Source: Lingula anatina (lineage: Eukaryota > Animalia > Brachiopoda). From it: 64,000 nucleotides of DNA. Of the stretch, positions 1 to 12,230 are shown in pieces. Positions within the stretch are counted from its first letter, which is position 1. Every line of letters starts with the position of its first letter. The stretch covers positions 3,968,001 to 4,032,000 of the forward strand of contig CM120649.1 of assembly GCA_051362555.1 (NCBI GenBank). The letters run 5' to 3'. The notes below the pieces were generated by a model, which saw only the letters and a program-made list of their open reading frames with translations, was not told where the DNA came from and did not search any database. A program made the position numbers and the translations under genes.

Positions 1-525
1 TACAACGCTTCGGTCCCACAGTGAACGGCTGTTATTGTTATATCTTCGTTGTGGCAAATGGCCAAAAATTACATACATGTAAAAATATCCACAGTACGAG
101 AATAAGTTTTTAAGTCTGACATCAAAGTCCAAACTATAAGTAAAATCAAAATTAATTGCTAAAACGTACATTGACACTAATTTTTAGATAACCAAAACGG
201 AGGATACATTTTCCTGATGGTAGCGGCGTCAAACGCCGACGATGTTTTTCTGAACAACTTACCTGCTTGACGGTCCTGTACTTGTTAAGAAAACCCCTCT
301 TTTCAACAGGTGATTTCATTTGTTTTTTGTGCAGAAATCCTTATACTGTTTAGATGACGTCAACTGTGCGATGCCGGTGACGGTCTAACAGCCACTGACC
401 TCTTATTATGCCTCATTATTTGAAGTGAAGCACGCATGGCCCAGGCGGTAATATACGCACGTGCCAAATTATGCGATAGTCGCCGAGCTGTACGTGAAAT
501 ATTACGAAGGTATGGTCGAGCCGCA

Positions 526-672
526 GCGATGCCGCTAATTCCATGATGGTCTCCCCGCCTCCACACGCGCCTTTGCTGCAGGAGCTGAGCAATTAAACCT
601 CAAGACCGAGATCTAATGCGTTTAATGGTGCATGTGGAGCCGGTGGGACTATCATGGAATTAGCGGCATCGC
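526..672. mobile_element. Small MITE-like inverted-repeat element
   Basis: Perfect 22-bp inverted repeat GCGATGCCGCTAATTCCATGAT (526-547) / ATCATGGAATTAGCGGCATCGC (651-672), extending imperfectly ~20 bp inward. Confidence 0.6.
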
Positions 673-1348
673 TTTGCCGCCGTAATGGTTCAAATATGAA
701 AAAACAAATTTCCAACTGATTTTAGATGTAATATCATAGAGGCCATTGATTAATTAGACCTCGCTGTCATACATTTTAAATCAGACGGGGTTTGATTAAT
801 CTCAATTTTATAACTTGTATATCGCACTGTTTAAAAAGTCACTCATTGATCGTTTGGTAGTAGTTTTAATTTTAATCTCATTCATTTAACAGATTTAAGT
901 TGGCTATTGAAACAGGAAGGTGAAGTCAACAAAACTACGGTGCATTCAAGTACAAACAGAGAATATCATCAGTGAGTGCAAATAACAACATTGAGTCATT
1001 TTTTTTCGGAAAATTCAGCAACAATACACAGGAACACGCACAGGCACACACAAACACACACTCGAATGCACACAAATAGAAGCACATAACACAATACACT
1101 GACAGGCTCGAGAGATTTTTTAAAAGGAAAGGGCAGATACCAAGATAGGCGACTGAAGGCAAAGTTATTAGAAATGGAAACTTCAACAATGTAATAAAAT
1201 GATACATATTTTGTGATCAATCAAAACACGTCTGATTTCAAATGTATGACATCGAGGTCTAATTAATAAATGGCCTCTATCTTATACATTTAAAATGAGT
1301 TGGAAATTTGTTTTTGCATATTTTAACCATACCGGCGGCACAGCGACG
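667..1348. mobile_element. Non-autonomous element with ~130-bp terminal inverted repeats (second copy 1901-2883)
   Basis: 667-~800 (CATCGCTTTGCCGCCG...ATCAGACGGGGTTTGATT) is the imperfect reverse complement of ~1219-1348 (AATCAAAACACGTCTGAT...GGCGGCACAGCGACG). No coding capacity. Confidence 0.7.
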
Positions 1349-2883
1349 TGAAAAGATCAAAGGAACAATCTGACAAAATTATATAAACCTTCGCTTCGGT
1401 AGATTTATAAATAATAAGTTAGCATTACTCACTCAGTTAGTCTTTGAATTAGAGACAGAAAGAGAGAGTAAGTACAACGCTTCGGTCCCACAGTACACGG
1501 CTGTTATTGTCATATCTTCGTTGTGACAAATGGCCAAAAATTACATACATGTAAAAATATCCACAGTACGAGAATAAGTTTTTAAGTCTTACATCGAAAG
1601 TTCAAACTATAAGTAAAATCAAAATTAATTGTTAAAACGTACATTGGCACTAATATTTAGATAACCAAAATGGAGGATACATTTTTCTGAGGGTAGCGGC
1701 GACGAACGCCGACGATGTTTTTCTGAACAACTTACCTGCTTGGCGGACCTGTACTTGTTACGAAAACCCCTCTTTTCAACAGGCGATTGCATTTGTTTTT
1801 TGAATTGCTTCATATTACAAAGTGGATCTATACGGGCAATATTTTTTTCAAGCAAATAGTTACAAGTATATAATGAACGGGAGTAAAATATAAGTCGGTG
1901 CATCGCTTTGTCGCCGTAATGGTTCAAATATGAAAAAAAAAAACAAATTTCCAACTGATTTTAGATGTATATCATAGAGGCCATTGTTTAATTAGACTTC
2001 GATGTCATACATTTTAAATCAGACGGGGTTTGATTGATCTCAATTTGTAACATTTGGTTATACATCTAAAATTAGTTGAAAATTTGTTTTTCCATAGAAA
2101 ATGACACATAATTACGAACCATAAGTACTGAACCCTTTTTAAGCAATTTTGATTAAAGCAGCAGCATGGCTGCGTGAAAAAAGGAATATTCTGACAGAAT
2201 TTATGAACAGATGTTTTCGGTAGATCTACTGTATAAAGAAAATGTTGGAAATTGGCATTATTAAGTCAATTTGACCTTTATTCAGTTCTGGTGTTCTACA
2301 GACAGAATCTGGTATAGTGACAATCCGGTACAAACGCAGTACCCTTGGAAAACATTTGACCAAAACATTTATTTTAAAAAATTTACAAAAATCTGGTTAA
2401 CAAGCTTGAACAACTGGGGCAACATTTTATGTCATGGTTAAAACAAAAAAAATTCTTATGCTTTGAGATATGATTTTTTTATCAAACTAAATTTCATTTT
2501 ATTTGGTAGTGAGTGCGAACAACGACACTGAGTCATTTATTTTTGGAAAAATCGGCAACAATACACAGGAACACGCACAGGCACACACAAATACAGACTC
2601 GAATGCACACAAATAGAAGCACATAACACAACACACTGACAGGCTCGAGAGATTTTTTCAAAGGAAAGGGCAGATACCAAGATAGGCGACTGAAGGCAAA
2701 GTTATTAGAAATGAAAACTTCAACAATGTAACAAAATACATGACATCTTTTCCACCAAATGATACACATTTTGAGATCAATCAAAACCCGTCTGATTTCA
2801 AATGTATGACATCGGGGTCTAATTAATAAATGGCCTCTATGTTATACATCTTAAATCAGTTGGAAATTTGTTTTTGCACATTT

Positions 2884-5315
2884 ATAATAATAATAATAAG
2901 TTTATTGAGAACTGAATGGTATGAATACATTTGCTGGCTCACTAGACTACATAATTTACACAATATATAGAGGATATACATTTATATATGTTTACATATG
3001 TGTTATGCTTAAATTACACACGTGTTAATGCATGCTATAAGATTAATTTTAATTAATTAATTAAAATTATTAAAGCTATTCACAGCATTATCAACAATTA
3101 GTGGCTGTGATGTACTAAATTGTAGGTGAACTATGTATTTTAACAGCAGTTTTTACAAATTCTTCTATTACTTTGAGACTTTTTTCACAGGGTGGATTAA
3201 GAAGAATTGACAATATCTGATCACTGTCCTCTAGACCCACTACACTGATTTTCAATAACTCATCATGCATTCGTTGCCTTTCAATAGTGTATCTTGTAAT
3301 TCCATGAGGAAGTGTTTTTCATCCTCTACGCAGTTGCAAGCTTTACATTATCTCTTATCGGGTGGAGTTTTAGGGTTTGTGTATCGGCCCCTTTCTATTG
3401 CCAGGTCGTGGTCACTTCGTCTAATTGTTGCCAGTGTTTTGATATCTAAGGAGGAGACACTCATTTTGATGTAATTTTCACATTCATAAGTTTTTCTAAT
3501 TGTTTTATATGTCCTTAATTTGTTTGATGTCCATCTATTTAATTCCTGCCAAAAGAGTTTTTCGATTTTTATGTTTAATTTTTCTACTAGCTTTTCTCTT
3601 TGATGTATTTTCTTTGGTGAGTTGCTATCTTCTGATTAACCCCAATAGTGAAAAGATTGGATGGAATCTGTACATGTGTTTCCCTTTGTATCTTGCTCAA
3701 GATTGTACACCTGCTTTACAATTCTATTATCTGGCAGTTGTTCCAGTCTAAGACTATATCTTTGGACAAGTTTGGCTATAGTTGAAAACAAAGGGTACCT
3801 GCCGAGCTCGGCTCTAGACATGGTATTGCTAGCCTGCTTTCTTAGACCTAAAATTCATTTGCAAAACTTTAAGTGTACCTGGTTCGAACGGCATTTTATT
3901 GATCTTTTTCAGAGACATGTTATTCTGTTTTAGTATCTCCTGTGACCAGACCTCACAACCATAAAGCAAAATTGGTTTGATGAGTTTGTCTAAAAGCTCA
4001 TACACAAAAGTGGTTTGGAAATGTTTTGAGAGGCAAGTGCTCCTTTAAGGGAAAACCGGGCTTTTAGAGGCCTTTTCTTCAAATGTTCAATTGCTTCCTT
4101 TAATGAGCCAGTGTTGGAGAAAACTATTCCCAAATATGGGTTTTGTTTTACTTCTTCTATGGGTTCATCATTTATGTAAAATTTTGTTTGATGGTCAAGT
4201 TTGCCCTTTTTGCTAAACACCATAATTTTTGTTTTCTTTGATTTAATGTGTAACTTCCACTTTTGACAGTACTGTTCTAGTTTGCTCAGAAGATTTTGCA
4301 GTCCGTCCCTTGTTCTTGACAGTAGGACCAGATCATCGGCATAAAGTATGTGGTTGATGCCATCTACCTTGTCTGTGGTTTTGCATGTATGAAGGGATTC
4401 TTTTATGTCGTCTATAAATACATTAAAGAGTGTTGAACTTAGGTTATCACCTTGGCGGATTCCAATTTTAGCCAAAAAGGGTTTGGAATAACTTTTGCCT
4501 GTGGAGATTCCTAATTTAGTATTTTTGTACATTTGTTTAATCACGCTGTAAAATTTTCCTCCTATCCCAAGTTTCTGTAATTTGAGAAGTAGACCTTTGT
4601 GCCACACTGGATCAAATGCCTTTTTAAAATCGATAAAACATGCATAGACCTTCCTATTTTGATTAGTATATCTGTTAAAATAATTGATTTAAGTTTGAAA
4701 ATGTGATCAGTTGTTCTGTAACTTGGTCTGAACCCACACTGTTCTTTGCTACGTTTGCCTTCCTTTTCAAGCAGGTCAGTTAGCCTATTTGCCAGAATAG
4801 AATTGAATAACCTACCCAAACAGCTTGTAATACAAAGTCCCCTGTAATTTGAGGGATCCAAACACTCACCAGACTTATAGAGTGGTATGGCTATGCCTAA
4901 ATTCCAAACATAAGGAATCTCACCAGAGTTTAAGACCAAGTTAAAGATTTTAGTCATCACACCAGTTAATTATGGTCGCCAAGTCTTAAGCATTTCATTT
5001 CGTATACTACGGGATGCGGGATACCACACAGTTGTTGGAAATAATTGTGCCATACATAGGGGCAATAAGGTTGTTTTGATCCTCTTCTTTTTTAAGTTTT
5101 TTGATAATTTGCCAACATTCTTTGGGATTCTTCTCTTCAAAGTCCAAAGGCTTTTCATGGAGGTTGTCTTTATGTTCTTGTTTTTTCTTTTTCAGAAGTT
5201 GTTTGTACTTTTTGCAAACTTGATGATTAGTGTGGGATTTAAAGTAATTATTCGGGTTTTTGTGGAGTAGTCTCCTGAGGTGTTTAACATTCCGTTTTAC
5301 TTGTTTCTGTTTTCC
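2884..5315 (-). mobile_element. Degenerate, 5'-truncated non-LTR retrotransposon (LINE; RTE-X/CR1-like ORF2 reverse transcriptase)
   Basis: Frameshifted RT fragments: PLYKSG..NYRGL..QCGFR (4562-4960), GIRQGDNLS and YADD (3990-4607), RAELGRYPL (3636-3821), HDLAIERGR..*CKAC..EDEKHF (~3300-3420). Minus-strand AATAAA followed by a (TTA)n-like tail at ~2884-2906. Confidence 0.93.
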
Positions 5316-6643
5316 AGGTTCGTTTTAAAAAAAAAACGAAAGTGGAAACTTGAACCTAAATACTAACTTCAGCACCCGCCCCCCCCCCCCCCCCAATACT
5401 GTGGGTCTGACATTTAAATCCTTCCCCTGACAATAAATAAACAGAAATAACCAGAATATATGCTCTTTATCATTATATGCTATAAAACTGTAATATTTTC
5501 AGAATTCGCCACAAGTTAACCAACTTACCAAATTTGTCGGGCAGAATACAAATCATGCTTCAATGAGATCCATTAAAACTAAATGCGCAATGAAAGCAAC
5601 AGCCATATGTTTAAATCTTTTCTTGCTATTTATCCTGCGTGATAAATTTACATGTTATGTTAATAAAGACACCTACTTTTACTTCAACCGCTGTTTCGTC
5701 TTATTGTCCTTACAGTGCCACCTGGTGGGCATGGACTACCTTTGTCAGGATATGGGGGGATATTGAGCTATATTCAGAGAGAGACAACGGTCAAAGTTGC
5801 AAAAGGAGAAAGCACATCGCGTGGGGCACGTGCTCCTCCACACGCTTCGCATGCGCAGACCCCCCTTTCCCCTTCAAATCGTTGTTGTTCATCTTAATTT
5901 TTCATTATATTGTGCTTTCACTTAACTTGTTTACCAAAAAAATCTGAGGTATCGCCATAAAAAAGGAAACCCGTTTCCGAGTATGAAATATTTATTTTAA
6001 TGTATTAAAATACATGTAGTTGTTTTATTTCGTTCAAATTGCCGTCTTCCTTGCTTTCAAGTTCACCAGTGATTGGAATTTAGGCCCTTAGATCAAACAG
6101 AATCGCAACTCAAATTTGAAAGAGATTTTAGCATTTAGGCACATTTTGTCAGATAATGAAGAAGTGGAATATTTGTCTACAACAAGCAAGTGTATATGGT
6201 TGAAGTTCGTTACAGAATCTCGCCGATTAGTAGTATCATTCTGCTGGCATTTTTCCTGCTGCATTGATGTCTTCCGTGCGCGTGTCATAACAACAACTGG
6301 GCTTTATTTGCCTGAAACAAGGCGGAAGACAATTTCATTTGTTTTTGGCTACATGCCCTACCCCATCAAACCGCACTAACCATTTACATGATTAGGTTCG
6401 GCTGGGAGTGGGTAATGAACCGCAAGTAAAATGCGCATGTATCTATCTACATGTATTTTTGTAGACATTTTGGGGAAAAAAATAAAAAAATCCTCCCCCC
6501 CCCCACCCCCAACCCGTACCTTACACCGTGGAACGTGACATTTTTTTTCAGTCACTGTTAAATTAATCGTAAACTGTGGACGAAAATAATTTCCTTGTTG
6601 TTGCCATTACGTATACTGACTAGACCACGTAAATGTCTTCCCA

Positions 6644-7229
6644 TTACGCACCTACGGAAATGCAATAGGCATACAGACGACACTTCACACATTGTTTGCC
6701 CTCCAGTCTGCATTGCTTTTTCTCCACGTCAGTGACGACATTGAATTGTGGGTCACTCTCATCTTGAATCCACCTAGAATGAAACATAAGTAAAGTTGAT
6801 AGCAAATATATATGACCTCAGATGTATTATTTACTACTATAGTACTTGGGTCATGCCACTGGTGTAGTTAAAATCAAAGCTAGGGCTACTTTCCTACTCA
6901 ATGTCAACGATTTTCACCTAAAGAGTGGGCAACTTCATATATTTGAGGCAAAAATTTTGTTTTGATCTTTGCAATTTTGAAGATGCATGTCAAATATCCG
7001 CGTACATCTTAAAGGAGTAAATAAGTAATATTACTGATACATCTATGAAGATCTACTACAAAGATGAAAATTGTGATCTTATTAATGTAATTATTCATCT
7101 TTAGAGTAGACTTCATAGATGCATCAGTATTAGAACTTCGCAATAAAACTTGCAAGACCGCAGATCTGCATTCATTTGTATACCGAATATGATAAAATGT
7201 TATGAACTCCTACATGTTATTAATATACC

Positions 7230-7323
<94 letters not shown>

Positions 7324-8443
7324 AGATATGCTTCAGCCCTTCCTTTGGCTCCAATGCAGGCTACCTCTCGTATTTTTAGTTGTGTGGTACAGCAAGAATT
7401 ATTAACCATAAAAGTTAATAAAAAGGTAAATCCCAAGTCCATAGATAAAGTTTTATTGTGTTATTGCTTTAGTCACGAAAGGAACTGAATACACGATTTA
7501 GTTTATAAAGATCTAAGTAGATGGGGTATAAACGCATGTACTAGAAAACTGTAAAACTCACGGATGACTCAAACCGCAATGGAGGAGGTGGCTGCCGTCG
7601 GGGCAGGAAACCACAGGATTAGACACGTAGCCAGGGCTTCCCACACTGGTCATATGAAGAAGAGACTCGAGCGGTTGGCAGGTCACACGCGCCTTAATGA
7701 AGAGAGATAAATACGTGTATGAAGTCGAGAAGCAATTAATTTAATGTCACACTGTCATATCTTAACCCACGATTAATTATATTTATTTTAAATTACATAA
7801 GCAATCCCCCGCCCTTTCTTGCGTGGCATGTATCACGTGGCAAGTACATGTACCCTGCGCTGGTGCTGGAACCACAAACGTAGACAGGCTTTAGCAGCAT
7901 TTTCTGCCTACTTTATTTTCACTTCATGATCAGATGCTTGCCCACGTATTTTGGCATAATGAAAATCACTGTCAATAAACTCTAAAAAAATACCACTCAC
8001 TCTTATTCCGCTCTTCCTATACGTGTTACGAGCTGTACACACGCCGTCACTGTTGAAGTACGCTCCGTCACACCTATCAGCATCATTGGAGCATGCGCAG
8101 TCCGTACCAACGAATCCTGGAGGACAGGCCACGATGGATGCCGCGTCGTCTGCGCCGGTTGACTTTGGTCCAAAGTACGTGAAACCTTGCCCTTTAAATA
8201 AATAAATAAACAGCAAAGTGATAGATAAATGGAGAATTGAAAATAAAATCTTAAATGAAGCTGAATTTTTAAAAAATACAGGAATCCAATTGATCGGAAC
8301 ATCAAAAAGCCTATTTGAATGAGAAGCCACGAGATCAGATTATCGAAAAAAACATTATTGAAGACGGAAGATACATCACCAACAACGGCCTGTAGTCCAA
8401 AAACAACGAATACCATTTGTAACATCACCATACTGACGATCAT
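6644..8443 (-). CDS. Secreted 171-aa Cys-rich protein with two resistin/PCSK9 C-terminal-domain-like modules
   Basis: Exons 8443-8380 (signal peptide MIVSMVMLQMVFVVFGLQAVVG), 8191-8001, 7692-7562 and 6773-6644 join in frame through GT-AG sites (phases 1,0,2) to a TAA. Sequence: SIVACPPGFVGTDCACS..CDGAYFNSDGVCTARN..ARVTC..VVSCPDGSHLLHCG..QCRL..CVKCRLYAYC. The gene model is solid; the family call is tentative. Confidence 0.78.
7032..7129. repeat. Intronic inverted repeat, ~36-bp stem with ~25-nt loop
   Basis: TACTGATACATCTATGAAGATCTACTACAAAGATGAA pairs with TTCATCTTTAGAGTAGACTTCATAGATGCATCAGTA. Confidence 0.85.
7234..7320. repeat. Compound self-complementary microsatellite (CT)n(AT)n(AG)n
   Basis: Read directly from the sequence. 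Confidence 0.95.
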
Positions 8444-9262
8444 CTGAAGTCGACTGAAAGAAAGCAGTGATGTGGTCTTGGTGCTTTAAAATGTACATAA
8501 TTCAGTGCTGGTACTTATTAAACGCTATTTCTGTTGATGAAAGTAAATTTACCTGTAAATTTATTTGTTTTGGTAGACTGAGATAATGATAATTCAAGAA
8601 AAAGAAACAAGTCATGTACCCTGTACTACATGTAGATATTACTCGATTTTGAATTATACAGAATTTATCGAAGCAGACAAAGGTGTAAAATAATCATTTA
8701 TAAAATGAGTAAAAAAACTCATAAATTAAACTCATAAATTGAATATTGATTTACTAAAACGGATTTTCCTCGAGAAAAATGAAATTATCTCCTGCTCGCA
8801 AATCATTGCTCGACCCGACCCTGCACTTGGATACGATCTATTACTCCATTTTAAACTTATGTTTTGATTCTTTTTAATGACTGGGCAGTCATTTGCAAAA
8901 TATGAGACAAAAATATGTTTTTGGATTTTTTCAAATGTGAATAGATTACCTTTAAACTTTATACTGTACAGGATTTTAAAATATCTTTAAAGAAAAAAGT
9001 GCGCCTTCCTCGTTGACCGTGAAGGAGCGTTTCCTATCATCAATAACAAACATAACATAACAGACATAAAAAATAAAGTAAGAAAGAAAGGTAAATGTTT
9101 GCGCAGAGCAAAATCAGCTATACATCTAAGAAAAATTAAGTATTAAAACTCACCTTTTTTCAGCCTTTGGTTCACGCGCAGCTCTGGAACGTGGTTTCAC
9201 CTCTTCCTATACAAACAGAACCTATCGTTAAGGGAATGGATAAGCATTGCCTTTTATTGCGG

Positions 9263-9270
9263 TATTTATA
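9263..9270 (-). promoter_or_regulatory. Candidate TATA box upstream of a 5'-UTR exon of the Cys-rich secreted gene
   Basis: TATAAATA on the minus strand; donor AG|GTGAGT at ~9154; acceptor TTCAG immediately before the ATG at 8443. Confidence 0.5.
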
Positions 9271-9961
9271 CAGTAAAGAAAATAAGGCAGTTGAGAGACC
9301 AAGGAAAATAAATTTATGTTTAACTTTTTTAACACACGCTCAGGCAGGTGGCAACCTCTCCCGTCTTATTTACATTGGGAAAATTTATCAACTCGAGAAA
9401 GAGTACGTTAAACAAAAATATCATCGGTTTGGCCATTACTCACATGCTCGCGCTCACATTACATGATACCAGTGTATGTTTCAGCTGATAAGCTATAATA
9501 GCTGTAGAACATGTCAACAATTCACATTTATCTTGAAGGACAGCTTTTTATAAGAAAACCGCGTAAAAAGCATGCACTATATTTTATGAGCCCAGCCTGG
9601 TTGCTCTGAGACGTGCTTGGTAAGAATGAATTAAAAACGAAATTAAAGATAGGGGGATTACTCATTTCAGCGTGAGTAGAGAGCACAGCCATTATAATTA
9701 TGAATATACACACGTATTAAATGTACAATCAAACAAACAAACTCATACTGTCACTTTTCACTCACGTTAGTGACTCTAACATGCCTAATGTCAAATACAT
9801 ACAAGTGCTGTGAAATTCAATAAAAACATTTCTAAACATGAAGATCACTTGATAATTACGACTGGCTGGTGTGTTGGTGCGATTTCCATTATCACTTTTA
9901 AGCTATCCTAATAAGCTATATATATTTAAGATATATATATATACTCAGTACATATCACATG

Positions 9962-10351
9962 CACAGGCCAGATTGAAAACCAGGCGTGATTTTAAATCCG
10001 CGGGTTTTCGCACCTAACTGATCTGCAATTTTATTAACACTAAAGGTCTCCATCCACTTTTTTCTTAAATGTTTCACTCAAAGTATCACGTAAGCAGCAA
10101 AGAATTATCAAAATGTTGGTCAAAGTACTCATAGGACTGATATGCAGTGAAAAGAACCCCTAGGTGAGGCCAAAAAAAATTAAAGTAAATGATTTTTAAT
10201 TCTCCGCATGCAAGGAGTTTTTGATCAGGGATTCTTTACATAAAATATTTTTCTGATGGATGTGATCATTCTATTTAAAATATCTGTAACTTTGAAATTC
10301 AATCTGACCTAGGCGGTTTTAAAATGTGCCTGGATTTCAGTCTGGACTGTG
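9962..10351. mobile_element. MITE with ~40-bp imperfect TIRs (CACAG...CTGTG)
   Basis: CACAGGCCAGATTGAAAACCAGGCGTGATTTTAAATCCGC versus GCGGTTTTAAAATGTGCCTGGATTTCAGTCTGGACTGTG. Confidence 0.65.
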
Positions 10352-10465
10352 TCATATACAAATATGTTTGAATTCCTGTATGTTGTCGAAAAATCAAAAT
10401 ACAAATGCAGACCTACGTTGTGTCACTGTGATACCACAAGTGTTTTTAGAAGTCTTGCTCTCTCT

Positions 10466-10511
<46 letters not shown>

Positions 10512-12230
10512 TAGTCGAGCAAAAACTGAATGATTAATGCTTATTTCCAACTGCTTATTTATGGATCTACAGAAAACATCTTTTCTAGAGTAGATTCTAG
10601 GGGTTATTGACTGTTTAAATGGGGTTTTTAAAAAGTATTGAATACTGATAGTTAGACGCTTTATCATGTATGACGCTCTCGTGAAAAGAGCATTATGCTT
10701 CAATGTAAACATTAAGAGACTGCCGTGAACACTGTGCATGAATTGTAAAATAAATTTGGCATTCTATACACACCCAAAGAAGAGCACGTCTCTGAATACA
10801 TGAGATATAAATTTAAACATATTTATTGCTCTTTATTTGAATGAATGTATCTCTGAAAAGAGTTTAAAAGAGTACTGTCTGGAATGTCACGCAGCATTTC
10901 AAAGATTTCAAGAGAGAAAGTCAGAAAGACAGACACCTTCCGAAAGACTTACGTGTATATACTAGTACACTGTAAGTACACCGTGACATGTTTTGGTAGA
11001 GAAATAAGACTGTGCTCCTTGATGTGACAATACCCATCACGCTAACATTATTTAGACAGTGTTCACTTTAATGCCGTCAGCAATATCACCACGACACTAT
11101 AGATGGGAAGATATGTATTTAGTTACCAATTTCCCTTTCAAAATAAAACAAGCCAAAAGAAACGATCATCATTGAATATCTGTTTTCTTTGCAGAGAATG
11201 CATGGTGTTTGTTTTATGATGGCATGACGCTTAACAAAAGGTGAAATAGATTGAAGAAAAACGAAGCAATTAAGAAGATCTACCCTTGTAACTGAATCAA
11301 AATACGTTTACGTGTTCGTTTTGTGCAGTAACACTAAAGTTACAGATATGATCGTGCCGTGCTTTGTAATTGAGTCACGCATTCAATGAATTTATAAAGA
11401 ATAGATGAACAGTGGAGGTGTCACTGCATCCGCTATGAAACAAGCCACAGGTGTTATTGCTTATTGACCTGTCATTTAATAGTCACGCATTCAATGAATT
11501 TATGGAGAAAAAATTAACCGTACCAGTAGATATGTAACATCATCATTTAAGAATCAAGATGTGTTGTTATTTCTCATCCTGTCAGTAAGTCATTAACTCA
11601 AAAAATTTAAATGACCTTGACCATCAATCTCTCCACAATGACGAACAGTGAAACTCAGAATGTTTGGCAACAAAGTTAAAACATGCCAAAGAAAGTAAAA
11701 CATGGTTAAACAGAGTTAGGCATATGTTTCTACATTCAAAACAACGTAATGAATCTATAAAAGCATTTAAAATCGGTGTAACAGTCGATGGGATCTGGGA
11801 TAAAAAGCACTGTTCATAACACGTTACACCTCTGGGGTGATCATTTGCAAATGGAAGCACATGGAATAAGAGGTGGAACACTTTTGACCAGTGGTATAGA
11901 TACATACATTAATATCAAGGAACCACGCAGTAGCAGATCAATATCAAGCGACAATGTCACTTTCAATCATACTAGATGGCGATGTCTTCGAAAAAAAAAA
12001 CGTCTAACAGTAACAGAAGAAAGAGTGCGCAATGACAGGGAATAAGAGACGTACGGGTTTAATTGGTTCAATACAGAGTGAAAGGGCGGGGTAATATACA
12101 TGTGGAAAACATAATTCGCTACGGAGTGTAAAGAGCCGCGCTGTGGTGAAAAAGCCCATAGCACTAAAAGATATGCAGTGAGCTTTGAAGCCATTGTCTG
12201 CTTTTGGATCTTTCGATGTGAGATATCAGC

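Larger units (their letters stand above)
1..2883. repeat. Diverged tandem duplication of a composite repeat unit containing an inverted-repeat (MITE-like) element
   Basis: 1-~328 recurs at 1473-~1800; 667-~810 recurs at 1901-~2048; ~970-1320 recurs at ~2507-2883. The intervening segments differ between the copies. Confidence 0.85.

Noticed and set aside
935-2784. Duplicated Cys/hydrophobic-rich ORFs on the minus strand
   Set aside because: They are translations of CA-rich repeat interiors with no motifs or supporting splice structure.
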